From Hypanus sabinus (lineage: Eukaryota): 64,000 nt of DNA. The position numbers were made by a program, and so were the translations under genes. The notes below the pieces were generated by a model, which did no database searches, had not been told where the DNA came from, and worked only from the letters and a program-made list of their open reading frames with translations. Positions 25,030 through 37,905 of the stretch are shown one piece after another; position 1 is the stretch's first letter, and every line of letters begins with the position of its first letter. The stretch spans positions 165,416,001 through 165,480,000 of the forward strand of contig NC_082710.1 of the NCBI RefSeq assembly GCF_030144855.1. The letters are read 5' to 3'.

Positions 25030-25289
25030 TATGGATAAAAGGAAGTCGATGGGAAGTAGAGGAAAATCAGGTTGTAGGGGTACAGGTGGAAGGGCGGGGA
25101 CCGATTAGATCACTCAGCTGAGAGCTGACATCGTCCCCGACGAACTGAACATCTCCTCTTCACTCTCACATCTCCCTTTCAAACTATTTTCAACTTCCCC
25201 GCCCCTTTCCGTGCTCACCCGGCCGGAGGATTGACCAAAGCCAGAGCAGCACCACCGCATTTAATGACAATCTTCTCTTCACAGAGCAA
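25030..25289 (+). promoter_or_regulatory. Putative CpG-rich promoter or 5' UTR of the CD2/SLAM-like gene
   Basis: ETS-type aggaagt near 25040 and GC boxes gggcgggg (about 25092) and ccccgcccc (about 25197), directly upstream of the leader ATG. Confidence 0.35.
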
Positions 25290-25359
25290 ATGGCAAAGAC
25301 AGGTTCTGAGATCGTCGGCGGCATCACGATTATTTACCTGCTGTTGAGCGATTCGGGAG
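25290..25359 (+). CDS. CD2/SLAM-like receptor, signal-peptide exon (MAKTGSEIVGGITIIYLLLSDSG)
   Basis: Strong Kozak context gcaaATGG, a hydrophobic core, and a phase-1 donor G|gtgggt that joins the V exon in frame (…SDSG-VLA-ESD). Confidence 0.7.
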
Positions 25360-26201
25360 GTGGGTTCACAGCTTTCCGCCTTAAACTGGTGGGCGAGGGT
25401 GGTGGAGGGGTTAAACGCTGAGCCCCAGGTAGGGGACTGCAACGAGTGCTGCTGTTGCAGTGGCTTTGCCTGTGCATTGAATTTCAGATCTCGGTAAACT
25501 TTCGCAGCCGTTTTCTGCCCAGATCCCTTTCGACAGCCATTCATCTTTTGGAGTGAGTTTTTTCCCTCCGTCAGCCATAGTTGCTGTTGCAGATCGGGGA
25601 GGGGGTAGACTTTCCGTACAGAGCCTCAGTACCTGTCTTAGGCAAAGTACCTGCCTCTCACGCCGTCGAGAGCACGCTTGGAATGAAGTGTGAAACCGAT
25701 AATGACCGAAATGTGTAGAATTATAAACCCCAGGTTCTGTTACCCAGTAGGGGCACTAATTACCAGGTTTATGTTTGTTCTGGAAGTTATGGAAATAACC
25801 GTCCAGAACTGAGTTACAAACTGCGTGATTAGAATCTACTTAATTTCAAAGTAAGTCATTTTCTTAAAGCATGTAACGGTGAATATTGAAATTAGTGTTA
25901 CATAAAACGTTAGCAGGATATCAGTCCAACAGCAGCTTTTTCTTCTTCTGTTATCACGGCAGAAACTTAGAACAGTACCGCGCAACACTATGCGCGCCGA
26001 ATTTTTAATCTACTCCAAGATCAATACTGATGCAATTGTTATATTGACCGTCCTGTTGTAATTAATATTTATTATAAATTACTATAAATTGCACATTTTG
26101 CATTTAGACGGAGACGTAACGTAAAGATTTTTAATCCTCATGTCTATGAAGGATAAAGTAAAAAAGACAATTCAGTTTAATGCTTTCCTACCGTATAGCC
26201 C

Positions 26202-27229
26202 TGTCATAAGATGGCGCTGGGAGCGGACCCAAATGCAAGACACAGACACTGAACTATCAGGAACAGGACTAGGGGTGAGAAGGAAGCAGGAAAGTGGGAA
26301 AGAAAGCACGCTGGACATGACACAGGCCCTGGACCAGACAAGGATTCCAGGCCTGGGCTAGGACTTGACAAGGATAGCGGGACATGGAACTGGGAACGAG
26401 GAGCCTGGGCTTGGACTCCGAGCCAGAGACTGGACAGGGACCCAGAACCTGGGTCTTGACATGGGCTCGGACTCCAGAGCTAGGTGGGGACAAGACGTGG
26501 TTACAGGACGAGGAGAGGCAACAGGACTGGACGTGAGACTCTAGGACAAGACAAGGGAGCCCCAGCACAGGACGAGACAACCCCAGTACTGGACTGGGCA
26601 AGGTACTCCTGGGCTGGGCGAGGCACATGGACAAGACGAGAACATAAAGCCATGGCCAGGACAGGGTTCTTGGACATGGCTAGGAGTGGATGAGACCCGA
26701 AAGCCTTGACTTGGTCGAGGAAGAGACACAAACGTGGAATACAGAGCCGGGAACCCTCCTTGGGTACAGGACGTAGGGCCGGGACTCATACACAGATGAG
26801 ACAGTTCTTAAACCAAAGTAGCAGCAGACGGCCGGACCTACCTAACGAAGACATTGACACAGACGGTTCTCAACACTTGGGAGCAGCAAACAGCTTGACC
26901 TACCTAGCAAAGGCATTGACATAGACACAGTTCAAAACAACAAAGGCCAGTTCCTTATCTTGCTCCAGTGGTAGAAATTGACAACAGTGAAGTCAAAGCT
27001 TCAGGCGAGGCAAGGCTCCAGGAGAAGTGTGAAGGGAAGAGATATAGACAGGGGGTTTGGACAGGAACAATCCAGCAGCCAAAGGCTGAATCCTGAAGCT
27101 CTTTATGAAGCCAGCCCAAACGAGAATCAGCTGCCCCAACAGAAACTGGAGAATACCGGAAAACCTGGAACAAGGAGCATGGACCAGACCATGAACCAGA
27201 ATGAGGATTTCACGGACCGAACCATTACA
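26202..27229. mobile_element. Solo LTR with internal short tandem repeats
   Basis: TGTCATA...ATTACA with a 5-bp TSD agccc (26197-26201 and 27230-27234). Confidence 0.85.
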
Positions 27230-27234
27230 AGCCC

Positions 27235-29390
27235 TCCATATTTCTTTCATTCAAGTATCTATCTAACAACCTTTTAAATATCTCTATTCTTGTTGGGGTC
27301 CAGTCTGGAGCCCACCTTCCGGGTCTTGCTCCAGTCCACGAACTCCGGACCCCGGGCCTTGCAGGCAGCCCTCCTGTCACACGGAGCCATTGGATCATCT
27401 TGGCTTAAGGAGGTACACTTGTTGCCTATTAGGGGGCAGGTGTTTATAAGGGGCTCGGGGACTGAGCCTAGTTGTGGGGTCGGCCTGCTCCGAAGCTGGT
27501 TTAACCTGCTCTGTACCTGGACCACCGGCTCTGAATCCTGACTGTATCCTGTTCTTCCCTAGTTGCCGCCCTGCTTGGAATCCTGTTCTGCCCTGATTGC
27601 CAGCCTGTTCTGTATATGCTCTTTCCAGTTGGTCTTGTTCCCCTGCTTCTCTCCTGTGTGTTAGTACTGCTGTTCCGCCTTATTCGCCTTGCTCACCTGC
27701 TCACCCTGGACCCACCTTCCTTCTGATCCCTTGCCTCCGTTGGGCAGATCCGGCCAGACTGCTGCTGCCCAGTAGGGGTTCCACCCCCTCCTATTCGTTA
27801 CCTCTGTCGGGCAGGTCTGGCTTGATTGCCGCTGGCCGGTAATGGTTTCTGCCCTTTCCACCTATTCCTCCCTAAGGGTTGTGCCCTGCACCTGCCCAGG
27901 TGTCTGCAACTGGCCCAGGCCTCCGTGTTTTCCACCTGGGAGGCGACCCTGACCAGGATCCATGCGGCCTTCCATGAGGAATCCTCCTGCCTTGTACGAA
28001 CTCCAGGACCCTCCTGCCTGCCTCATCCAAACTCCGGGATCCAGCCCCACCTGCTTTACCCTTTACATGCCATGGCATCCCCATCCTGTCCTACCCCTAG
28101 TGCTTCAGTGTCTGCATCCTGCATTTGGGTCCAATCCTGCCCCCATTCCTAACAATTTTATCTGTCTCTACCCCTACCTCCGAGAGCACATTCCATGCAT
28201 CCACCACCCTCTGCAAAAAGCCTACCTCTGACAACCCCTCCCCCCCATACTTTCTTCCAAACTTTTTAAAATTATGCCTTCTCACATTAGTAATTTCCAA
28301 TCTGGAAAAGACGTTCTGCCCATTTGCTCTATCAATGTCTCTTATCGTTATACATTTCTCTTATCAAGGCTGTTTCATTCCAAAGACAAAAGCCCTAGTT
28401 CACTGAAGCTTTTCTCATAAGACATGCTCTCTCTTCCAGCCAGTAGCCTGGTAAATCTCCTCTGCACATTTCCTTCCCATAATTAGGAGACCAGAGCTGA
28501 ATTCAATAATCCAAGTGTGGTCTAATCTGAGTTTGATAGGGTCAGCTCATGGCTCTTTAATTTAGTTCCTTAACAGATAAAGGGCAACAAAAAATTATGC
28601 AATTTTAACCCCTTATCAACTTGTATAGAATCTTTGAGGGATCTACGGACATAGACTCCAAGATCTCTCTGTTCCTTCTCACTAACAAGAATTAACTCTG
28701 TATTCTGCCTTCAAGTTCAACTTTCCAAAGTGAGTCACTTTACAATTTTCTGAACTGAATTCTACCTGCCATTTCTCAGCCCAATTTTCTACATCCTATC
28801 TTTGTCCAATTTAGAACTCCATCTACCAATTCTCTGCTTCATACCAATATCGAATTTGTATCTACAGGAACTTTTCACACTATCCACAACAGCACTAAAC
28901 TTTGGGTCATCTGCAAACACAGTAAGCACCTTACCACTCCCTCATCCAAGTCATTTATAAAAATCGCAGTAGTTACGATTCCCAGAACAGATCATTGTGG
29001 AACATCACTGGTCATAGACATCTAGGTAGGCTCTGCTCTATCAACTACTGTCCTCTGCCTTCCATGAGAAACCAATACTGACTCCACTCAGACAAGGTTC
29101 TCTGGATCCCACATCGTCTGACTTTCTGAATGAGCATGATCAAATTCCTCACTGAAATCCATGTACATAATATCCACTGCTCTACATTCTTCACAGTGTT
29201 TTGTTACTGGCTTGAATAATTCCCTCAGCCTTGTGAGACACTGCCTGCCCTGAATGAAGTCAGGCTCACTAATTCTAATCAATCTATCCTTCTCCAAATT
29301 CTAATAAATCCAGTCTCTAAGAATCCTCTCCAATCGTTTGTCCATCACTGACGTAAGACTCATTGGTCGATAATTTCCAAGATTGTCACA
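27235..29390 (-). mobile_element. Old CR1 fragment interrupted by an LTR
   Basis: Degenerate RT motifs in minus ORFs 28097-28300 and 29088-29297. Confidence 0.8.
27291..28154 (+). mobile_element. Solo LTR, same family as 60547-61821
   Basis: TGTTGG...CCTAACA with an imperfect TSD attct/atttt, a TATA-like tttataag, and sequence similarity to the 61113-61821 LTR. Confidence 0.8.
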
Positions 29391-30228
29391 GGATTAATGT
29401 TGGATTAGTTCAAGTGTTTGGGACATATCTGACAGAATGCAGGGTGTACTCATGCTACATGACTTTACCTACATGCGGCATCCAGAGTCATCACCTGTGA
29501 TCCTTTGTCATTTCGCCTTCCCGTCTCCTCTTTTCCTCTGTCAAGGATCCGCAGTGCAAGTGTGGGCAATTTTACCAGAATTTGGGTTAGCAACACAACC
29601 TGTGGGCATCAATCAGTAGCAGAGATGAAGGGGTGGGATGGCTGTACTGTGGGAAGCTGAACTTAATCAAATGTTACAGTCACTCTCCGTGTTTGTCACA
29701 TTCACATCTATTCTCAGCCTTACCTAATCAGTCATAGAGACTCCCTAACATCAGGATCTTTTATAGTAGAGTGGATGATAGTGTTACGAGAGACACGGGC
29801 TTGTACTGTGAGTGTTACATTAAGCGCCTGAGTGAGGTGGGTCTATGATGTCAGTCACAGCCTGCTTGGGGGGGGGGGGCGAGGGCGGGAGAGAGGGAGA
29901 GAGTGAGAGAGAGCGAGAAAAGAAAAGGCTTTTGGAATTTCAGCTTGTCACTGATACGGCTTGAAACTCTCCCATGCCCAAAAGATTGGGTTGATCATCG
30001 GCACACAATACACAATGGATGTGTGACTGGCACTTTGTATAATCCATATGTGTGGATTTGTTGGAATATCCTGTGGTATCACTTTTGTTGGCCCTTACCT
30101 GGAATCGGGGTGTTATGTGGTAACCACTTGAAGATGATATTCCTGTGACTGTCACCTGGTGATATTTCTAAGTAGATTCTGGAACGACTTGACGGACAAG
30201 ATCTAAAACGACTGTTATTTTGTTTTAC

Positions 30229-31110
30229 ATAGAACATAGAACAGAATAGTACAGCACATTACAGGCCCTTCGGCCCACAATGTTGTGCCGACCTTGAAAC
30301 CTTGCCTCTCATATAACCCCCCACCTTAAATTCCTCCATATACCTGTCTAGTATTCTCTTAAACTTCACTAGTGTATATGCCTCCACCACTGACTCAGGC
30401 AGTGCATTCCGTGTACCAACCACTCTCTGAGTGAAAAACCTTCCTCTAATATCCCCCTTGAACTTCCCTCCCCTCACCTTAAAGCCATGTCCTCTTGTAC
30501 TGAGCAATGGTGCCCTGGGGAAGAGGCACTGGCTGTCCACTCTGTCTATTCCTCTTAATATCTTGTACACCTCTATCATGTCTCCTCTCATCCTCCTTCT
30601 CTCCAAAGAGTAAAGCCCTAGCTCCCTTAATCTCTGATCATAATCCATACTCTCTGAACCAGGCAGCATCCTGGTAAATCTCCTCTGTACCCTTTCCAAT
30701 GCTTCCACATCCTTCCTATAGTGAGGCGACCAGAACTGGACACAGTACTCCAAGTGTGGCCTAAATAGAGTTTTACAGAGCTGCATCATTACATCGCGTC
30801 TCTTAAACTCTATCCCTCGACTTATGAAAGCTAACACCCCATAAGCTTTCTTAACTACCCTATCTACCTTTGAGGCAACTTTCAGGGATCTGTGGACATG
30901 TACCCCCAGATCCCTCTGCTCCTCCACACTTCCAAGTATCCTGCCATTTACTTTGTACTCTGCCTTGGAGTTTGTCCTTCCAAAGTGTACCACCTCACAT
31001 TTCTCCGCGTTGAACTCCAGCTGCCACTTCTCAGCCCACTACTGCATCCTATCAATGTCTCTCTGCAATCTTCGACAATCCTCTACACTGTCTACAACAC
31101 TACCAACCTT
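30229..31110 (-). mobile_element. Young 5'-truncated CR1
   Basis: ORF 30259-30993 is uninterrupted. There is an 8-bp TSD tgttttac (30221-30228 and 31111-31118). Confidence 0.95.
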
Positions 31111-31256
31111 TGTTTTACCAGCATGGAACCTGTAATTCTTTGTATCGCTCTCTCTCTACATACTTCTATGTGGATTACAAATCTCTCTCCCATCGTTTAT
31201 TCCGTGGATTACAGATTCTTATTAACTTGCCATTTTAAAACTTTAAGAACTGTTCC

Positions 31257-31409
31257 NNNNNNNNNNNNNNNNNNNNNNNNNNNNNNNNNNNNNNNNNNNN
31301 NNNNNNNNNNNNNNNNNNNNNNNNNNNNNNNNNNNNNNNNNNNNNNNNNNNNNNNNNNNNNNNNNNNNNNNNNNNNNNNNNNNNNNNNNNNNNNNNNNNN
31401 NNNNNNNNN
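31257..31409. other. Assembly gap (N)
   Basis: Run of N. Confidence 1.
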
Positions 31410-33699
31410 GTACATTATGAAATCGTAACAATAGTTAATTATGACGCATTAGGACCAGCACATTTTAGCCTAATTAAGCAGCTGCATTTTAATTGCACTC
31501 TCAGCCATTTCTGGCATCTTCCCCCTGATTGCTTGAAAATGCAGAGAGCAAAACAGGTATAATTGTCTTACTGGTTTATTTCTCACCAATGCTCAGTGAC
31601 AGAAATACTGCTTCTTGAACACAAACATACACAACTCGCATTATTTATAAACTGTACACTCTAAGCATGGTGTAGTGTCTGATGTAATGCAAGTGCAAGT
31701 GACTACAATAGTCAGAAACTGTATGGCAACAGTCTCCTGCCCCAACTGAGCAGCATGGGGTCCCAAATCAACAAAGGCAATCCCTGCTATTAGTCCCAAA
31801 TACATGGCCAATTAACCAAGATTCAAAGCTTCAATATTCAATGTGCATTTATTATCAAAAATGTATAAATTATACAACCTTGAGATTTGGCTTCTTATAG
31901 ACAGCTACAAAGCAAAAAACCTGAAAGTGTTGCACCTTGCATTCAACTTGCTGTAAGGTGGGGGGCACCAGATGATTACCTGATTATCCCTGTGCTTTTG
32001 ATGTAATTACTACTGAAGTGTAGTCACAATGTAGGCCACACTGCATTTGATGTGTGCATAACAAGAGCCCAGTACAACCCATTTCTGACCAGGAGAAAGA
32101 AGTGGCCCAGATAATGCGGAAAAATACCACTCCTGCACATTACTACTATCTGGTATCTTATGCCCAGCTTACAGAGAGGGAGAATGAAAACAATCTAGTT
32201 AATAATGTGTAAAGCAGTTCCATCGATACTCTTCATTTATTAATCCACTTGCAGACTTTCAAGTTCAAGTTCAAATTTATTGTTGTTCAACTGAATACAT
32301 TTATACTGTGAAAAGAAAAAATCTTAGACCAAACTTGGGCAGAAGCAGTTTGCAGTCAAACAAGGACCCACAACACTTCGAATGATTTGAAAAAAGATTT
32401 TGCATAAAATCCATCCTGCAGAGCCAAGTTTTTGTGTTCTCAATTGCATGTGTGTTTGTGACTAAAAGAGGATAGAGGTTTTGCAGTGAGCTGTGAGATA
32501 CTGTACAGTCAATGATTCTTGGTTATTCTGTGCTGAAATTAAACTGGTGGTGAATGATGATCACAGAGAAGTTAGTTCTCAACATTTGCCACTATTCTAA
32601 TTTGTTTTGTCATGCCACAATAATATCTCGAACCTTGCCCCTGAACAAAGCAATAGAAGAGGTTCAAGCAGAAGTAGACCATTGGCTCCTTTTTCCTTCT
32701 CCACACCCAATAAGTTTCATGGTGGATCGGTTATCTCAGCGGCTTTCCTGCACTATGATTTTGAGCTATTAATCTCAGTCTTGCTTACATTTAATGACTC
32801 AACCCCCACAGTTCTCAGGATTTGCAAATATTAGTCACCCATTCAAATGAATAGGTTTCTTCTCCTCCCTGTATAGAGTGGTCCATTCTGTATTTTGGAG
32901 ACTCTGCACTCTACTTCAAGACATCCCAGGCCTGGAATGAAGATACCAGATACATGGAGATCTAAGCTTTAGATTAAAGCTAAAGATCATCTTTACCACA
33001 GCAGACATTCAGGAGGGGGCCTAGAAGAATCTCTCAGTAGGGTCTCCTGGAATTTACAGTATATTGTCTTTATATACCCAAGAGCAAAATAACAGTAGTT
33101 AGATTGAATATAATTTTGTTTCAATAGTTTGCAGAGAAATAGTTCCAGTGAAAGACACATTTGCGATGGGACCACATTGTAACTGACAAGACCCAAGGAA
33201 TATTCACCTACTTTTGTTGGGATAAGGGATTTAATATAGATAGTAAACCCAAGACACTGGATATTAGTGTTGTGTGGCTGACTCTTGGTACACAAATGCC
33301 AATTATTAATTGCCTTGCTGGACATGTCTAATCCCTGCTTTGATGTAGGTCAATTAACATGGTCCTGATGTCTGTAATTTGGCAGATGCACCTGGGATTG
33401 GATCATAGTTATCAATGGTAATGGCTATGCTTCTGCATCATAAACTTTATACTTTGATAACAGCTGCTTTGCCCTCACAGACACCACAGTCGACCCCATG
33501 AACAGAAATCTGTCCCAGGAAGGTCAAACTATGGGGTGGCTGGTGGGGCTTTCTGGTTAATTGGGTGGGAAAGGCCCTTCACTATGGATCATTGCAAATC
33601 CTCAGCCGATACAAAAGCTCGTCACCATGTTGTCCAGTATCCATACTCACTATTGTCCCTAAATGGCTTTCTACAAGAATGCAAGGAAATAGGAACACA

Positions 33700-34440
33700 G
33701 TGGTGACATGGTAACAATCTTTCCATCAATGTCCAAAAAAACAAAAGACTGATCATGGATTACAGGAGGAATGGAGACAAACTCATACTGATCAACATCA
33801 ATGGGACTGCTGTTGATACAGTGAGCAGTTTAAGGTTCCTCAGTTATACATCATCAAAGATCTTACCTGGACTGTCAAAGTCAAAGTCCTGTCCCAAGCC
33901 GTTGTGGCTCATCAGGCCAGTGCTTATGTTGGTTTCTGTGGCATGAAGCGACTGAGAGTCTATCGCGAGGACCTGGACTGTACACACTGGCTTTGCGGCC
34001 AAAAAAAAGCACAGCAGTGTCTCTTCCACCTCAAGTGACGGAGAAGATCGGCATGAGCCCTCAAATCTTCAAGACCTTCTACAGTGGCACCATTGAGAGC
34101 ATCCTGACCTCTGTATCACCACCTGGTATGGGAACTGTACCAACCTTGATCACTAGGCACATCTGTTGATGTGAACCCCTCCGGTGAGGACATTTACAGC
34201 AGCAGGTGCATAAAGTAGGCCTGGATGATCATCGGAGACACCAGTCACCACAACCATAAACTGTTTCAGCTGCTTCCGTCTGGAAGATGGTACCGCTGCA
34301 TTAAAACCAGGACCAACCAGCCATGGGACAGCTTCTTTCGACATAAATTCACATGTCTGTGCATTGCAACGGAGTCATAACACAAAGAATTTTACTCGCT
34401 TTGTGGAGTGGATGTACGATTTAAATAAATTCAAATTCAA
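33700..34440 (+). mobile_element. Rex1/Babar-type LINE 3' fragment
   Basis: Degenerate Rex1-type C-terminus (ttctacagtggcaccattgagagcatcctgac…tggtatgggaactg). Confidence 0.7.
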
Positions 34441-36246
34441 ATAACCCAAAGCTAATATTCGCAGTATTACCATATTGTTGACCAAATCCTCTTTTGCAGG
34501 AGATAACGGAATGTTACACCATTTTGTTATCTTCAGCTCCCCTTTTGTGGTTTTGCTTTAGGCACAGACTGTTGCTACCATCAGATTAATGCATTATTCA
34601 TGACATAGAGCTGAGGAGCTATGACTCTGAAACCATGAAACAGGTTGTCAGTGGCTGCAGTGTGGGCAGGGGCACAGCTCAGTAAGTTAATCTGCCTCAG
34701 GCTGAGGAGTACACAGGCACTTTAGTTTGTGTGGTTGCCTTGACAATGAGAAGTTCCTTTCAGTGTAATCACAATTCTGTTGGTAGTTAAGTTCTCCATT
34801 TCCCAAACATTCCACAATCTAAACAATCTCTAAGTGTATCAATAAGACCATAACTGAACCGACAATGCTCAGGCAATGTCTCAAATTCAGCACCATATTC
34901 CTAAACTCCCCTTTTCATTGATTCCACTTATGATGCCTAAATAATTCTGCAATCAACAATGGCTTTGGTTTTAAATGTCCCTGCATTATTTTCATATCAG
35001 CAAAGTTCATTTTGGCTGGTTTAGTTGGAGTAGTAAAACTTCGGAGCAAATTGGATGCTTTTACCTCCAATACACTCAACAAAATTGGCACTTAGTTCTT
35101 ACTGGCTATTTCATTCACTTCAAAATAGTGTTAAAGTTGCTCAGTGAACAACATCCCATTGTTTATCCTTCTGATGGAGTGAGTCCTTTTAGGTCTTTAT
35201 GATTATTTTCACATATACTCACTGTTAATGAACTTGTGGATTCGTCAGTTTTCTGCCTTTTTTAAAACTCAGCCATGCCTGTTTTCTTCATTGGACCATT
35301 TCCTGCTGCACTTTAAAAAAACGTGAACGTTTTGCTTTAAACAGTATAATTTTCCTTCTTTCAGGAAGAATTTCATGGATGGTTAATCTGGTCTAATGAT
35401 TATTTTGAATGTATCAGTGGGATGAGGAAGAAATTGGCTGGATAATTCTTATTCTGAAAGGATCCTTCTTGGGACAGGCTCAATATATAGAATGCTCAGA
35501 CCTGAAGTTTGTTCTTTTTATGTGTTTTCATCTTCCATTCAATGACAAAACTTTGTTGCACAAAAGACAGTCATTTTGCTTAATGATTCTGGTAGTATTA
35601 TTAGCTCAGACCAATTTTCCCCTCTCTTTCCTCAGTGTTGGATATTTTTTTAAATGTTGGGTTATTTCTATTTTTCTCGTTCTGGAACATTTGCAGTCCC
35701 TCTGGGGAAGGTGCTCCCTCGATGGTGTTGGGGAGGGAGTTCCAGGATTTAGAGCCAGCAATGATGAATGCTGAGCCAAGGGAATGAAACTGTGGTAAAA
35801 ACACACAAATTGCTGGAGGAACTCAGTGGGTCAAGCAGCATCTGTGAGGGTAAGTAATGATGTATGGTTTCTACCCAAAACATTAATAGCAGCCCCCCCC
35901 CCAGCCATAGAAGCTGTTTGAAATGCTGATCTCCTCCAGCAGATTATTGTTGCTCTGTGTATCAGTAACTGCAGTCTCACATGTCACCAAGAAAAATGCA
36001 CTGTGAATTCACAGCCTTGCGTGGAGCTTAGCTGTTCTATCAGAAATCCACCTTTGTGTTTTAATTCTTTTCCTCCAGGGTCATTAGGTACCATGTGTGC
36101 CACTGAGGTAAAAGAGCATCATGTGGTGGTGTTCTCATGTGCCTGCTTCCCCTTGCCCCTCAGATTTGGGACTGAGCTAGAGTTGCCATGCTGTGGAAAT
36201 GTGGACACCAACACACTGGGACTAATGACTGTTTCGGTTCTGACAG

Positions 36247-36567
36247 AGTCCGATGGGAATCTGGCTACTCGTCGTGTGGTGAATGGGACTCTGGGACAGT
36301 CAGTCACTTTGCCAGGAAATGTGCCAGGAGAAAGCATTTCATTCATTATTTGGGAGTACACAAATTCATCCAATCAAAAAAAGTTTCCATTATGTGTGAA
36401 ATATAAAGACAGCTCAGCAATTTGTAACAGAGAGAGGATCACGTTAAACCCGAAGGACTATAACCTGGAAATACAGAACCTAACAGACAGTGACAAAGGT
36501 CTGTATGAAATAAATGCATGGACCGATACAGATATCCATAAAGAGGTGATGGAACTGCGAATTTATG
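36247..36567 (+). CDS. CD2/SLAM-like V-set exon V1. The canonical acceptor is mutated; start shown at the cryptic AG (homologous start 36238).
   Basis: G.SVTL..., W in the C strand, LEIQNLTDSDKGLY (D-x-G-x-Y), no B-F Cys pair as in CD2-family V domains, phase-1 donor TATG|gtaata. Confidence 0.75.
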
Positions 36568-37099
36568 GTAATATCATTTTAATTATAATATATATTCTGG
36601 TCTGACATTTTTAGAGTAGTGAAAGATGAAAGGGGAGATGGTTGTGGTCTGAGCTGAAGCCTGTGGGACACACAAGTCAAGGTGGTAGCTTTGTACTTTC
36701 TCATAACATTCCCTCATTCCAGACTAACACCTCTTCGTTTAACAAGCTTCCATTTTGCATTACACATTTTAGCATATACTACAAGTCAAATGTTAATACA
36801 TCTGTTACAGTGTAACTTCCATGCTTAGTCAGTAAATTTCACCCTATCACGGAAATCTCTTTCAACCACGCCTCTCCACCCCATTCCTGTACCTAGACTA
36901 CTTGGTTCCTCGCTTTCCAGTTCCAGAATCTGAACCTAAATTTAAAAAAAAACTACACAGTCCTGCAGATCTTTCCAGCATTTTGGATTTCTTTTTGTTT
37001 TATTTAAACTTTCCTACATCTGCAACGTTTTTGACATTCACATCAACCACCCTGATGCTTTCATCTGATTTTGCGAGTTATTTAATTAGCAACGCTAAA

Positions 37100-37639
37100 G
37101 TGTGCAGTTCTGGTCACCGAATTATAGGAAAGATGTCAACAAAATGGAGAGAGTACAGAGAAGATTTACTAGAATGTTACCTGGGTTTCAGCACCCAAGT
37201 TACAGGGAAAGGCTGAACAAGTTAGGTCTTTATTCTTTGGAGCGTAGAAGGTTGAGGGGGGATTTGATACAGATATTTAAAATTATGAGGGGGATAGATA
37301 GAGTTGAAGTGGATAGGCTTTTTCCATTGAGAGTAGGGGAGATTCAAACAAGAGGACATGAGTTGAGAGTTAAGGAGCAAAAGTTTAGGGGTAACACGAG
37401 GGGGAACTTCTTTACTCAGAGAGTGGTAGCTGTGTGGAACGAGCTTCCAGTAGAAGTGGTAGAGGCAGTTTTGGTATTGTCATTTAAAGTAAAATTGGAT
37501 AGGTATATGGACAGGAAAGGAATGGAGGGTTATGGGCTGAGTGCAGGTCAGTGGGACTAGGTGAGAGTAAGCGTCGGCACGGACTAGAAGGGCCAAGATG
37601 GCCTGTTTCCATGCTGTAATTGTTATATGGTTATATATG
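37100..37639 (+). mobile_element. 5'-truncated CR1, near-identical family to 5319-9640
   Basis: ORF 37102-37560; 6-bp TSD gctaaa (37094-37099 and 37640-37645). Confidence 0.95.
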
Positions 37640-37649
37640 GCTAAAACAC

Positions 37650-37905
37650 AGAGCAGGGCAGAGTCGGCTCTTCTGGCCCTTGGGACATGCCCCTCCCGCT
37701 ACCCCCAATGAAACCAATTAACCCTAATTAAATGACACGACAATCTACGCGGTACATCTTGGCGCTATGGGAGAAAACCAGAAGGTCTGGAGAAAACCTA
37801 CAGAGAGGATGTACAGAGATACCTTACTGGAATTGAACTCCAAACTCCAGGACTCTCTGAGCTGTAATAGCTGCTCACTAACAGCTACACTACTTTGGCA
37901 CAGAG
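37650..37905 (-). mobile_element. HE1-like SINE (degenerate)
   Basis: Same reverse layout as 21480-21710. Confidence 0.5.

Larger units (their letters stand above)
29782..31430. mobile_element. Gypsy-like solo LTR containing a CR1 insertion and an assembly gap
   Basis: TGTTACG...CGTAACA with a 4-bp TSD atag (29778-29781 and 31431-31434). Confidence 0.8.

Noticed and set aside
26380-26720. Short repeated words resembling a spacer array
   Set aside because: They are irregular degenerate repeats inside a vertebrate LTR; this is not a CRISPR array.
26140-28406. Cluster of overlapping short ORFs, likewise 60155-62156
   Set aside because: They lie in GC-rich LTR sequence and carry no protein motifs.
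36003-36237. In-frame ORF extension upstream of both V exons (MCATEVK...), also 41689-41941
   Set aside because: It has no convincing signal peptide, V2 has a canonical acceptor, and a good leader exists at 25290. The extension is most likely open by chance and shared through duplication.
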